This document shows positions 12,245 through 30,369 of a stretch of 64,000 nucleotides of DNA, one piece after another (position 1 is the first letter of the stretch; the number at the start of each line of letters is the position of its first letter). This stretch comes from the human T2T-CHM13v2.0 reference genome, Homo sapiens, in NCBI RefSeq assembly GCF_009914755.1, contig NC_060927.1; one strand, given 5' to 3'. The notes under the pieces are model-generated. The model saw nothing but the letters and a program-made list of their open reading frames with translations, had not been told where the DNA came from and did not search any database. The translations under genes were made by a program, and so were the position numbers.

Positions 12245-12918
12245 TTTCATATGTTTGTTGGCTGCAGAAATGTCTTCTTTTGAGAAGGGTCTGCTTATAT
12301 CCTTTGCCCACTTTTTGATGGGGTTGTTTTTTTGTTTTTTGGGGTTTTTTCTTGTAAATTTGTTTAACTTCCTTATAGATTCCGGATATTAGCCCTTTGT
12401 CAGATTGATAGATTTCAAAAATTTTCTCCCATTCTGTAGGTTGCCTGTTCACTCTGATGATGTTTCTTCTGCTGTGCTCTTTAGTTTAATTAGATCCCAT
12501 TTGTCAATTTTGGCTTCTGTTGCCATTGCTTTTGGCATTTTAGTCATGAAGTCTTTGCCCATGCCTATGTTTTGAATGGTATTGCCTCGGTTTTCTTCTA
12601 CGGTTTCTATGGTTTTAAGTCTTAGTTTAAGTCTTTAATCCATCTTGAGTTAATTTCTGTATAAGGTGTAAGGAAGGGGTCCAGTTTCAGTTTTCTACAT
12701 AGGGCTAGCTGGTTTTCCCAGCACAATTTATTAAATAGGGAATCATTTCTCCATTGCTTATTATTGTCAGATTTCTCAAAGATGAGATGGTTGTATATGT
12801 GTGGTGTTATTTCTGAGGCCTCTCTTCTGTTCCATTGCTCTATATATCTCTTTTGGTACCAGTACCACACTACCACACTGTTTTGATTACTGTAGCCTTG
12901 TAGTATAGTTTGAAGTCA
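12245..12918 (-). mobile_element. Inverted 5' segment of a twin-primed L1PA (about L1PA7)
   Basis: ORF2 C-terminal peptides on the minus strand ([25 protein letters not shown]). Confidence 0.93.
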
Positions 12919-13645
12919 CATCACAGGTCATTAGAGAAATGCAAATCAAAACCACAATGAGATACCATCTCATGCCAGTTAGAATGGTGATCGTTAAAAT
13001 GTCAGGAAACAACAGATGCTGGAGAGGATGTAGAGAAATAGGAACACTTTTACACTGTGGGTGGGAGTGTAAATTAGTTCAACCATTGTGGAAGACAGTG
13101 TGGCAATTCCTCAAGGATCTAGAACAGAAATACCATTTGACCCAGCAATCCCATTAATGGGTATACACCCAAAGGGTTATAAATCATTCTGCTATAAAGA
13201 CATATGCATACGTATGTTTATTGAAGCACTATTCACAATAGTAAAGATTTGGAACCAATCCAAATGCCCATCAATGATAGACTGGATTAAAAAAATGTGG
13301 CACATATACACCATAGAATACTATGCAGCCATAAGAAAGGATGAGTTCATGTGCTTTACATGGACATGGATGAAGCTGGAAACCATCATTTTCAGCAAAC
13401 TAACACAGGAAGAGAAAATCAAACACCGCATGTCCCCACTCATAAGTGGGAGTTGAACAATAAGAACACATGGACACAGGGAGGGGAACATCACACACGA
13501 GGGCCTGTCGGAGGTGGGGTGCTAGGGGAGGGATAACATTAGGAGAAATACCTAATGTAAGTGACAGGTTGATGGGTGTGGCAAACCACCATGGCAGGAG
13601 TATACCTATGTAACAAACCTGCACATTCTGCACATGTATCTGCAC
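12919..13645 (+). mobile_element. 3' segment of the same L1PA (end of ORF2 and 3'UTR)
   Basis: [11 protein letters not shown]...HCGWECK; G-rich 3'UTR; poly(A) tail missing. Confidence 0.93.
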
Positions 13646-13706
13646 ATGATTTACCCAGAATCATGTAATTAGCTAGTATTAGCTAGGATTAAATTATGGT
13701 TACCCA

Positions 13707-14029
<323 letters not shown>

Positions 14030-14044
14030 TTAAACCTGGAATCC

Positions 14045-14186
14045 AGCCAGGGACAGTGGCTCATGCCTGTTATCCCAGGGGATAACACTTTGGGAGGCCA
14101 AGGCAAGCAAATCACTTCAGCTCAGGAGTTCAAAGCCAGCCTGGGCAACATGGCAAAACCCCCATCTCTACTAAAAACACACACAC
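14045..14186 (+). mobile_element. AluJ left arm (split by L1 insertion)
   Basis: Left monomer ending ctactaaaaacacacacac. The right arm resumes at 20353. Confidence 0.88.
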
Positions 14187-15203
14187 GGGGGGCGTTCCAA
14201 GATGGCCGAATAGGAACAGCTCCAATCTGCAGCTCCCAGCATGATCAACGCAGAAGACAGGTGATTTCTGCATTTCCACTGAGGTACCTGGTTCATCTCA
14301 TTGGGACTGGTTGGACAGTGGGTGCAGCCCATGGAGGGTGAGCCAAAGCAGGATGGGGCATCACCTCACCCAGGAAGCACAAGGGGTCAGGAGATTTCTC
14401 TTTCCTAGCCAAGGGAAGCCGTGACAGACTACCTGGAAAAAAGGGACACTCCCACTCAAATACTGTACTATTCCCAAGGTCTTAGCAACCAGCAGACAAG
14501 GTGATTCTCTCCTGTGCCTGGCTCGCCAGCTCCCACACCCACGAAGCCTTGCTCACTGCTATTGCAGCAGTCTGAGATCAATCTGCCAGAAGGCAGCCGG
14601 GCTTGGGGAGGGGCGTCTGCCATTGCCAAAGCTTCAGTAGGTAAACAAAGCAGCCTGGAAGCTCAAACTGGGTGGGACCCACCACAGCTCAACAAGGCCT
14701 ACTGCCTCTAGACTCCACCTCTCTGGGCAGGGCATAGCTGAACAAAAGAAAGCAGACAACTTCTGCAGATTTAAACGTCCCTGTCTGACAGTTCCAAAGA
14801 CAGCAGTGTTTCTCCCAGCATGGCGTTTGAGCTCTGAGAATGGACAGACTGCCTCCTCAAGTGGGCCCCTGACCCCCGTGTAGCCTAACTGGGAGACACC
14901 TCCCAGTTGGGGTCGACAGTCACCTCATACAGCCAGCTGCCCCTCTGAGATGAAACTTCCAGAGGAAGGATCAGGCAGCAATATTTGCATTCTGCTGCCT
15001 CTGCTGGTGATACCCAGGCAAACAGGGTCTGGAGTGGAACTCCAGCAAACTCCAACAGACCTGCAGCTGAGGGACCTGACTGTTAGAAGGAAAACTAACA
15101 AACAAAAAGCAATAGCATCAACATCAACAAAAAGGTCATCTACACCAAAACCCCATCTGTAGGTGACCAACATCAAAGACCAAAGGTAGATAAAACCACA
15201 AAG

Positions 15204-16225
15204 ATGGGGAGAAACCACAGCAGAAAAGCTCAAAATTCTAAAAATCGAGCAGTTTTCTTCTCCAAAGAATCGCAGCTCCTTGCCAGCAGTGGAAAAAGGT
15301 GGACAGAGAATGACTTTGACAGGATGACAGAAGTAGGCTTCAGAAGGTCAGTAATAACAAACTTCTCCGAGCTAAAGGAGGATGTTCAAACCCATCACAA
15401 GGAAGCTAAAAGCCTTGAAAACACATTAGACAAATGGCTAACTAGAATAAACAGTGTAGAGAAGACCTTAAATGACCTGGTGGAGCTGAAAACCATGGCA
15501 CGAGAACTTCATGACACATGCACAAGCTTCAATAGCCGATTTGATAAAGCGGAAGAAAGGGTATCAGTGAATGAAGATTAAATTAATGAAATAAGCAAGA
15601 AAACAAGGTTAGAGAAAGAAGAGTAAAAAGAAATGAACAAAGCCTCCAAGAAATATGGGACTATGTGAAAAGACCAAATCTACATTTGATTGTTGTACCT
15701 GAAAGTGATGGGGAGAGTGGAACCAAGATGGAAAACACTCTTCAGGATATTATCCAGGAGAACTTTCCCAACCTAAGAAGACAGGCCAACATTCAAATTC
15801 AGGAAATACAGAGAACACCACAAAGATACTCCTCAAGAAGAGCAACCCCAAGACACATAATCATCAGATTCACCAAGGTTGAAATGAAGGAAAAAGTATT
15901 AAGGGCAGCCAGAGAGAAAGGTCGAGTTACTCACAAAGGGAAGCCCATCAGACTAACAGCAGATCTCTTGGCAGAAACCCTACAAGCTAGAAGAGAGTGG
16001 GGGCCAATATTCAACGTTCTTAAAGAAAAGAATTTCCAAAACAGAATTTCATATCCAGCTATACTAAGCTTCATAATTGAAGGAGAAATAAAATCCTTTA
16101 CAGAAAAGCAAATGCTGAGAGATTTTGTCACCACCAGGCCTGCCTTACAATAGCTCCTGAAGGAAGCACTAAACATGGAAAGGAACAACCAGTACCAGCT
16201 ACTGAAAAAACAGGCCAAATTGTAA
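15204..16225 (+). pseudogene. L1 ORF1p, disrupted
   Basis: MGRNHSRKA...RRATPRHIIIRF...RISYPA, split by stops. Confidence 0.9.
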
Positions 16226-16288
16226 AGACCATCGATGATAGAAAGAAACTACATCAATTAACAGGCAAAATAACCAGTCAACTTCATA

Positions 16289-20116
<3,828 letters not shown>

Positions 20117-20309
20117 ACAATGAGATCACTTGGACACAGGGCGAGGAACATCACACACCAGGGCCTGTCATGGGGTGGGGGGCTGGGGGAGGGATAGCAT
20201 TAGGAGAAATATCTAATGTAAGTGATGAGTTGATGGGTGCAGCAAGCCAACATGGCACATGTATACCTATGTATCAAACCTGCACATTGTGCACATGTAC
20301 CCTAGAACT

Positions 20310-20312
<3 letters not shown>

Positions 20313-20352
<40 letters not shown>
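20313..20352. repeat. (CA)20 microsatellite at the L1 3' end
   Basis: Directly visible; occupies the position of the L1 poly(A). Confidence 0.95.
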
Positions 20353-20356
<4 letters not shown>

Positions 20357-20522
20357 TAGCCAGGCATGGTGGCGCACTCCTATGGTCCCAGCTATTTGGG
20401 AGGCTGAGGTGGAAAGATCACCTTAGCCTGGGAGGTTGAGGTTACAGTGAGCTGAGATCACACCACTGCACTCCAGCCTTGGTGACAGAGTGAAACCCTG
20501 TCTCAACAAAAAAATAAATAAA
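20353..20522 (+). mobile_element. AluJ right arm
   Basis: aaattagccaggcatgg...(taaa)n tail. Degenerate TSD for the whole Alu: taaacctggaatcc 14031-14044 and taaacttggagtcc 20523-20536. Confidence 0.88.
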
Positions 20523-21149
20523 TAAACTTGGAGTCCCCACATGGTTGGTAAGAATTCTACTACTAAAATACACTTCTCTTTGAGAACACAAGGAAAAACA
20601 TGCTTACAATTCATTTACTAACCAAAATAATAACAATACATTTGGTTAACTCTGGGGGTTAGTGAATCAAGTAGCTAGAGTAAAAATGTATCTTATGTAA
20701 TTGCTATCCATATCAGAAATGGATAATCACAGGAATTTCTTTCCACATAGAGGATAGTGGAAGAAAAGACTAGTGTGCCATCAAGGGTGTCTCCCATTGT
20801 GCTTCCTCATGATGGTGGTTCTCTGACTTATGTTTGGTAAAGGGAACATTTTTTAATTCATGTTTTCCTTCGCTCTGTTGTCAGTTACAGCTTTTGCTCA
20901 GGGGAGCCTTCACCTCCTCACGTCTACCTCCTTCCTCATTCCTAGTTTGTACAACACCCGGATGAACCCTCTGCCAGCTCAGTGATTATGGTTCGAAGCT
21001 TAAATCACTGGCCACCCTAGGGAGCATTCTTATTTAAAAGACTGCTTGAAAAACATTCTGAAGCTGAAGAAGCAATAGAAAAATATATCTTCTTGGGGAT
21101 TTCAGTCTACGTAAAGAGGCTGGACAGAGAGAAAAGGATGAAAGAAGAT

Positions 21150-21303
21150 CTGAGCTCTAATCTTCTTAGCTCTGCCATTGGCTTGGGGTTTGACCTTGGG
21201 CTAGTCACACAACTTCTCTGTATCTCAGTTGCTTTGTTTGTAAAGTGAAGGCCTTGGATCAAATGAGTTCCATGTTTCCTTCCAATTTTATAATGCCATG
21301 ATT
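21150..21303 (+). mobile_element. MIR/MIR3 fragment
   Basis: gctctgcc...tgaccttgggctagtcac...ctcagtt...gtaaagtgaagg. Confidence 0.65.
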
Positions 21304-23545
21304 TTTTGAGCTTCCCAAAACCTCCCTTATGCCCAAGCAAGAGTGTCCCCTGTCCTGGAACCCACAATTTACATAGTCTCAGGGTCTAAAGGCATGAGCC
21401 TACCCTTGGACCTGGCTCCAAGAACCCAGGACCACAGAATTCTCTGGCTGTGCAGGCTGACGTATGTATCACATGCATGTGTGTGTGAGGGCCTCATATA
21501 GCACTACATGGACCTGAGGCTGGGGAACACAGGCTGCTGATTGGCTGTCTGTGCTACTGCATTCTGGCACTGAGCTCTGAAGACTCCAGAACCTGGCCTT
21601 CCAAGTCATTATAATATTTGTTAATGTAAGAGACTAAAATATACATAATTTCATTGTTTGTTATAGTTCGATTTGTAACTTCGAAATACAAGGCATACTG
21701 TGATAGAGATTCTATTTACATTCTTGCCCTGGGCCCTGAAAATCTCAAAGGCTGCCCTAGAGATTCCTATTCAAGAGTCTAGGTCTTCAGAGCTTTATAA
21801 GTTTTACTTAATACAAGGTGTAAATAATGATACAGGGTATGGGTAAGCATGGGGTAGATGGAATATGTCTACATTAATCCAGAGTGTCAAATGAATTGTC
21901 ATTCTCTCAAAAATAAAATATTATGCCTATTCCTAAATACGTTAAAGCCCCTAGGTTATTCTATTGGCATTTATAGAGCACTGTAAACCAGTAATCTGTG
22001 CATGTTAAATCCAACTTCCAAGTTATATCTATTAATAAATTATATTATAATTTATTTATATTATTTTATTATTATATTTTTTATTATATTACTTCCCCTC
22101 TTTTCTTCCCCCTTTGCCTTAAGGAAAAAAGAAACTTGTATTCAGCGGGTAAAACGTAGAACTTCAGACATATACTTCCATTAAATGAAAAGGAAATCTT
22201 AAGGGTCCCAAAGAGCTAGAATAGTTCAATAGGCTTTGTTCTGCTATATATTCCACCCCAATTCTCCAAATGCTGGTGTTCATTCTCTCTCCCTTTCTCG
22301 CTGTGGTTTCTCATGATTTTTATAATGCAAATTTCAGGCATGATGGCAGGACAATGGGAAGATCTTATTGGACTTCAGGTATAGTTTTGGAACACTTGCG
22401 GTTACACTAGTGGAGAGTCATCATGGTTAATATTAGTACTATGCTTTAGAGTTAAAACAGGCTCACATCCTGAATCTGAGAGACTCATCACAATAATCCT
22501 AGAGGTAAATTATATTCTATTTTACCTATGGGGAAAGAGGGTAAGTTGGACACTCAGCTCAGGTCATGGGTATCCTTCCATTATTCCTCAGACAGAAAAA
22601 ACCCAGCCAATTATCTTGGACTCGGGGCCCCAGTAGACACTGAGGTTGGCTTGAGGGTTTAATGTGTGACCATATACTTTCTGCTATCGGCCAACTGGGA
22701 ATAAGAAAGTTTATAGGTGTGGGAACTTGTCTGAACTGCCTTGGATAACTGTTCCATTCCAAGTGCTAGCAGGTATTGAGCTTACATCTAAGAAAGAGAT
22801 TAGAAACTAAAAGCTTGGTGTCAGAGGCAAAGACAGTTAATTTACTACAATTCCATTGTATAAAATTAAGAATGTTTAGTAATATTTGGGGAATTTTGAA
22901 ATCACATCTAGATTAAAGTAAAACAAAAAATAGTTAAAACAAAAGCAAGTTCATTGAAATCTAATCATGTCCTTCTCCTTTATGTATTAAAATGTGAAGC
23001 TGTGAATGATGCCTTTAATTATAGTCCTGATGCTTTAGTTGCTGAGCAGTTTATTTAAAGTGACAGTATCATTTTCTTATTATATAATTACTCCTACTGA
23101 ATTTGTAATGTAAACAAATAGGAGACTAATAATTTGGAGACAGGAGGAAAATTGATAGCGCTCATCAGATAATAATCTTGATGTATTTATTGCAGATTGC
23201 TGATTCAGACCTAATTTAATTTGAGAGTTAACTAATTACAGAGAAAAGCATTACAGGCTCACTTCTTTGGCAGGATCTACACCTAAATAACTCATGATGT
23301 TAAAGACAAAAATGATTCATGGAAAAACTGAACAACACTGAAAATCAATATCAGTATGATTTTCTTATCTACTTTAAGCCTGCCTATATGATTCTTGGAT
23401 ATGCAAAACCAATGGAAGATGGCTAAAAGGAAATAGGATTCTCATTAATTAAAACAAAGAACTGGAAGTTGGTTCACAAGGTAATGGGCTACTTTATAAG
23501 TAGTGTTAAACCATCAAAAGAGGCATTAAAGAAAAATGGCAATTA

Positions 23546-23806
23546 GGGAGGTGGGTGGTCACTTGAGGCCAGGAGTTCAAGACCATCCTGGCCAACATGG
23601 TGAAATCCCGTCTCTACTTTAAAAAAATATACAAAAATTAGTCGGGCATTGTGGCACATGCCTGCAGTCCCACCTACTCGGGAGGCTGAAGTATGAGAAT
23701 CTCTTGAACCTGGGAAGAGGAGGTTGCAATAAGTTGAAATCATGCCACTGCTCTCCAGCCTGGGTGATGCCATGTGACCCTGTCTCGAAAAAAAATTAAA
23801 AAAAAA
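23546..23806 (+). mobile_element. 5'-truncated Alu (J/S-type)
   Basis: Lacks about the first 40 nt. Flanked by aaagaaaaa(t/a)ggcaa. Confidence 0.85.
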
Positions 23807-23825
23807 AAAGAAAAAAGGCAAAAGA

Positions 23826-24134
23826 GCCCAAGTGTGGTGGCTCATGCCTGTATTCCCAACACTTTTGGAGGCTGAGGTGGGCAGATCACTTGAGGTCAAG
23901 AATCTGAGACCAGCCTGGCCAACATGGCAAAACCCTGTCTCTACTAAAAATACAAAAATTAGCCGGGCATGGTGTTGTGCGCCTGTAATCCTAGCTACTC
24001 CAGGGGCTGAGGTATGAGAATCGCTTGAACCCAGGAGACGGAAGTTGCAGGGAGCCAAGATCATGCTGCTGCACTCCAGCCTGGGCGACAAAGTGAAACT
24101 GGGTCTCAAAAAGAAAAAAAAGAAAAAAAGAAAG
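23826..24134 (+). mobile_element. AluS, inserted at the tail of the previous Alu
   Basis: Full dimer. TSD aaaaaa(g/t)gcaaaaga. Confidence 0.9.
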
Positions 24135-24303
24135 AAAAAAATGCAAAAGAGTCGATTCTTACACTGAGTGAGGGACTTGGTCTCACAACGATCTTGAAGG
24201 TCATTTCAACTTTAATGTTTTATGACCTCAGATTCAGATCATAATTAATAAATTAAATCCAATACCATCTGTCTATATATTTACAGAAAACAATTTCCCT
24301 GGA

Positions 24304-24600
<297 letters not shown>

Positions 24601-25993
24601 TCCATATGCTTTTAAAAAGGTCTCCAAAATGCTCTGTGTACTCCTCTCCGATTTAAAATAAGGTAAAATCATCCTATTTCCTATACAAGGAGATTTTGTT
24701 GGTAAAATTTTATGAGATGATTAGACCTATGAAGTAGTCTATGGCTTCATAACAAAAAGTAAAGATTGTTTACATATCATCTTCTCATGTCTATGAATTT
24801 CCCTAAAGAAATCATACTGTATGCAGGCTTCAGAGGCATAGTCCTTCGTTACTGAACAATCCATAACTGAAGCTTCAAAGAGATGATTGAACATCATATA
24901 TAATCCCATCTTAATATAGAGAAAGATTTCTATGTGTTCAAAATGTTGGCCAGTACACCAAAATAACCAATAATGGGTGAAAAGTGATTTTCCAGCTCCA
25001 GGAGATAACAGACTTATTTTACTTTTCATTGTTTTTTTGAATCTAACAACTAAGATGTTGGTGAATTATTTAATGTAAGATACATTATCCTGCTCCAGTC
25101 CATAACTACTATGAATGCTTTTATGCTTTCTGTCCTCAACAGATATATGAGAGTCTACAATGTTCTAAGCCTTGGATCTAGCAGACAGAAATGTTTCCTT
25201 TCTCTAAACTGGGATAGCACACTTCCAAAGTTAATACTAATGCGAACTGTAGCAGTTGAAAGTTAATATTTGGAACCCCAAACAATGATATCAAGAGATG
25301 CCACAGTTAATTACCGCAATGTTTATAATGATTATAAATTAATAGATCAATTGTAATAAATGCTGAGATAGTGAGAGTATAATTTTATAAAAGATTAATA
25401 AAGAGAAGGAAAGTGTTTATACATACATGGGTAACTGCAGACACATGTGAATTACTGGAATGATAGATAATACTGGCTTGAACAAGGATATTTTTGTTCT
25501 TGTTTTTTCAGGAATGTTCCTCCATGGAAAAACTTCCTTATAGTGGCAGGATTAAAAAGGGGCATTCTCTCATGGCTCTGAGATGGAGCCACACTGGAAG
25601 TACCAGAAGCAAATGTCTTGCCTTGGATATCTCAAACTCACTTTGACCTAAGATCCTTTACTTTTCCCTTTCCTATGGACAGTATCTTCAAGATGACCAA
25701 TTGTGTTTCTATTCCAGTCATCACTGGGGATAGAGTCATTTCAAATACACCCAAGATGTTACAAGTTCTATGTTTACTCTACATAGAGAGTTTATATCCT
25801 TGGTACCAAGACATAAAGATGGTCTGAATTAACCTAGAGGCTCATGCTAATGGGCAGATGCTGTATGTCACAAAATACAAAGATCCACAAGAAGAGAATC
25901 AGAACCTGAAGGCCAACACCCCCAAATTGGGCATAATGTTTGTATTTGGAGGTTCAATCCTACTATTTTTCCATTAAGACTCCACCCATGTCG

Positions 25994-26007
25994 GTTGCTA
26001 TGGTAAT
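25994..26007. promoter_or_regulatory. Candidate RFX X-box
   Basis: GTTGCTATGGTAAT against the palindromic consensus GTTGCCATGGCAAC. Motif match only. Confidence 0.35.
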
Positions 26008-26730
26008 GGGGGGAGGTGAGCTGCATTGGAAGATAATTATATACAGAGGAGTAGAGACATAACCCATACAGTGGCTTATCATAATATGCTCTTTAACCCT
26101 ACACAAATTCAAATATATGTTGCTTGGTAAGAAATAATTTAAGTAATAGGGGGAATTCAGCCCACCATTTTTGTCAATAAGTATATGGCCTAGAGTAAGT
26201 GGAAGCTGAAATAGAATGCATTACTCTACTCTCCCTTAGCCAATCTCAGTTCATTTGTGCTGAAAAATAAAATTGTCCCTATGACCAATTTTACTGGGTG
26301 TTCATAAGCAGTATTTATTATACCCAAATTTTGGCTTGCATACTAACTACAGAAGGTAACCTGAATGTAAAATGCAAATTCACTATTTAAATATTGACGA
26401 AAATTTTCTCCTCCAAGAAAATGTGAGAAGTTCAATTGCCCTTTTGTGTGATGCCAGATATTCATGAGGTTAGCAATGAAGATGTAATGAGCCACAATCT
26501 TCTCTTTCTTCTCTGTGTTCCTTTGATATAATTTTATCTGGTTCCAGTAAAAGTTTAGATATACCCCAAAACCAGACATCTACTAAATATCATTCTTTAC
26601 GTAACACGTACAAACCAATATGTTACTAGCATAACATATTGCTAGTTATGCAATACATTCAGGACCTGATGTGTTGGGACTATACAACTGGATGGTGGAC
26701 CATGTATCTTCTGAGCTGCCAAAAGAATTA

Positions 26731-27034
<304 letters not shown>

Positions 27035-27099
27035 TTAGAGACAAGGTCTTGTGTAGACATTTGAATTCTTGTTCAAACATTTGATTTTTTTTTTCCTTC

Positions 27100-27212
27100 A
27101 GAGGACTGTGGGCTTCTTAATGCCAGGGACTATGTCTTGTTTAGTGGTATATAATTCCCAGTGCATAGCACAATATAGATGCTCAGTAAGTGTTTAATGA
27201 ACAAATGAACAA
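27100..27212 (+). mobile_element. L2 3' end
   Basis: cagggactatgtcttg...cccagtgcatagcac...gctcagtaagtgtttaatgaacaaatgaa. Confidence 0.7.
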
Positions 27213-27617
27213 AATTGAGGAATTAAAATTGGAGAAGACGAATTTTATTGAGGGTTTCCCAATAAGTGAAAAATCAAAGTTGTTCCAGTGCAGCAAGTAT
27301 AAATAATCCTGCATCTATTCTCACTAACTACAGGTAGTATGTTAATAGCATGTGTGTAGAGGAGTGACTATGTTTGCATATGTGTGTCAATAATAATTGA
27401 AACCTATTGATTAGTAAATTTCTTCCAATTTTGAATATTGTGTCCTAAGCTGATGGTTTGTCTTAAACTTCCTTTGGACCTCATATTGCCAAAATAATGT
27501 TTTTAATTTAACAGTATTTTCTGACCATACACCCGGACCTTAACATGCACTTCATTGTGATAGCCCAATGTTACTGTTTCGTAATGACATTGATTTTGAC
27601 CCCTCATGATAAAACTG

Positions 27618-28115
<498 letters not shown>

Positions 28116-28254
28116 CCCCAATCCATGATGAAACGTTTTCATACACATGTTCTCTCTCTCCAGATAACCTCATCCAGGGCAGAACTCTGGGCACTAGGTT
28201 TTCCACAAAACATGAGTTTAATGAGGTGGCAATAGACATGGCCTGGGACTATAT

Positions 28255-28600
28255 AAGGCAGTGTAGCCTAGTGTCTAAGAGTGCAGCTGGGAGACAAACT
28301 ACTCAGGGTCATATTTTGGCTCATCTTTTAGTGCTGATTTACTGTGGATAATTTGCTTAACCTCTGTGAGCCTCATTTTCCTTGTCTATAAAATGGGGAT
28401 AATAAGAACAATTACCTCAAAAAGTGTGAGAATTAAGTGAGCTCATCCATGTAAAACATTTTGAATAGTGCCTTGTACATGGTATCCCTATTATGCCAAG
28501 GGCTATCATAAGTGTTTTGCTTATATTAATTTGAGTAAACACTACAATTAATACATGTTATATGTAATAAATCTTAGTTATTAGCTATTGTTATTAGCTT
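28255..28600 (+). mobile_element. MIR
   Basis: aggcagtgtagcctagtg...ttaacctctgtgagcctcattttcc...aaatggggataataag. Confidence 0.8.
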
Positions 28601-30369
28601 TAACTGTATAAGATTCCTAATATTTCACCATTTTGACCGACAAAAACAATTTCACATGGGTTCTAGCTCATATTCTATAGTTTAAGATACATAAGTGATT
28701 TGGTCAAGTCAATCAGTTCTGTTAAATCAGAACATGGTAGAATGATATAATCTAGTTGCTTGTACATCAAGTCCAAAATATTAATCCACCAGTAATATTA
28801 TCTTAATATAATAAGCTGGGGATTTTTTGTATTTGTATCTCCTGGCTCAGGACAGAACAGGAAAGCCTATTTGCGGGGAGGGGTCCAAAATTGGGAGAGG
28901 ACCCTGAATACTCCATACCAGCAGACTTCTGCATTTTGCTATCACCCACAATTCACTACCCAGTGGTCCAACTCAAGGCTAACTTTGTCCATTATGGCAA
29001 AGTTGGTGAATGCCTTTAAGTGATTCCAGGGAAATTTTTAAAAGACAGGCATGTTAATTAAATTAAAATGTCTAAAATCCAAGTTCATAGTCATATTCAT
29101 TTTGGGGTCAGCAATAATTTTCCTACAAGATTCCTGATAAATGTACAAACATGATACCTGAACAAGATCATGCTTAACCTATTTAATACCTACTAAATAG
29201 GGTTTCAGTTCAGCTAAGAGACTGCTGATGGGTTAGGCAAGAGGATACAGATGCTGTGACAAGGCAAATGGTGGAGAAAGTTAAAATATAAAAAGTAGGG
29301 CAAGAGAACAAGAGATCCTAGATTAAAGCCTCAAGATTTTGAAGAACTAAAGGAAGGAGAAGAAAACTAAAAATAAATGACCCAATCTCACCTGGGCTGG
29401 CACCATCTCCTCCTGCTCCCCCAAAATCCTCTGTACCCTTTGGATCAGTGCTGACACCTTTCACATTTCCAGCCCCACACTCCCTGACTATGTGCCTATT
29501 CTTTTGCTGGTCTAAAATGTTCCTCCAACAGATTAGCTCAAACTGCCTTTTCTGCCTCATGTAAAGTGTCTGCTTTCATCTGAGCATCTGCAAAATCAAT
29601 TTTCCTTGCCCTCCACTTCGAAACGCATTTTTAAATATAGCTCCAGTAGCTGTTGTGCTTAACAACATCAGTGAATTGACTCCAATTTAACTTTTCCAAA
29701 TAACCATTGATATCTATAAAGACTTTTAGTTCTGCCATAGAAAAAAATTCCCTGAGCTGAATGATTACTTTTTTAAAAAAATTAAGAAACAGTATTCTCT
29801 GAGCTTTAAACAGTTTTTAAATGAACTAAGAAGACTTATGGAGAGTTTTTTTTTTTTTTAATGAACTGAACACAAGCATTAACACAGGAGCAGCTGGACG
29901 CTAATCATTTAGCTCGTGAAAACTATATTACATGGCTAATGGAAACACGAGGGAAGCACAGGGGAAGTAAGAACTGTGTGTTGGCGACAGCAACGTGTCT
30001 GTAGGCAGCTCCACATTACCACGTAGGCTTGCATTACTATAAAGAGTACAGAAGCAAAAGAATTATTATAACATCCTTTCAGCCTCTTGAGAACTTATCA
30101 CATGGGGCATCTCAGTCTTATGAAGGCCAATAAGAAGTATCTTTGGCAAGACTGAGGAATGCATTATTAATATGAGCTCTGTGGGCCTGTTTAGCAGAAA
30201 AGTGACCCATGATAAAAATAACAATCCCCTACATTTGTAGAACTCTGTATCCATTGATCACCTTTCATCTTGACAACCCTGAGAAAAAGGTATTATAAAT
30301 GAGGTTCAAAGAGATTAAGGAACTTTCCCAAGGTCACATAGACTATCATAGAGGACAAATTTAATTCAA

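Noticed and set aside
23543-24109. 188-aa minus-strand ORF
   Set aside because: Antisense read-through of two Alus, giving typical Alu peptides (LSPRLECS...).
25490-25620. Plus-strand acceptor ttgttttttcag|g as an exon start
   Set aside because: No convincing donor or recognisable reading frame follows.
24739-26579. Minus-strand ORFs of 96 and 78 aa in unique DNA
   Set aside because: No recognisable domain or splice structure, and the lengths are within chance expectation.
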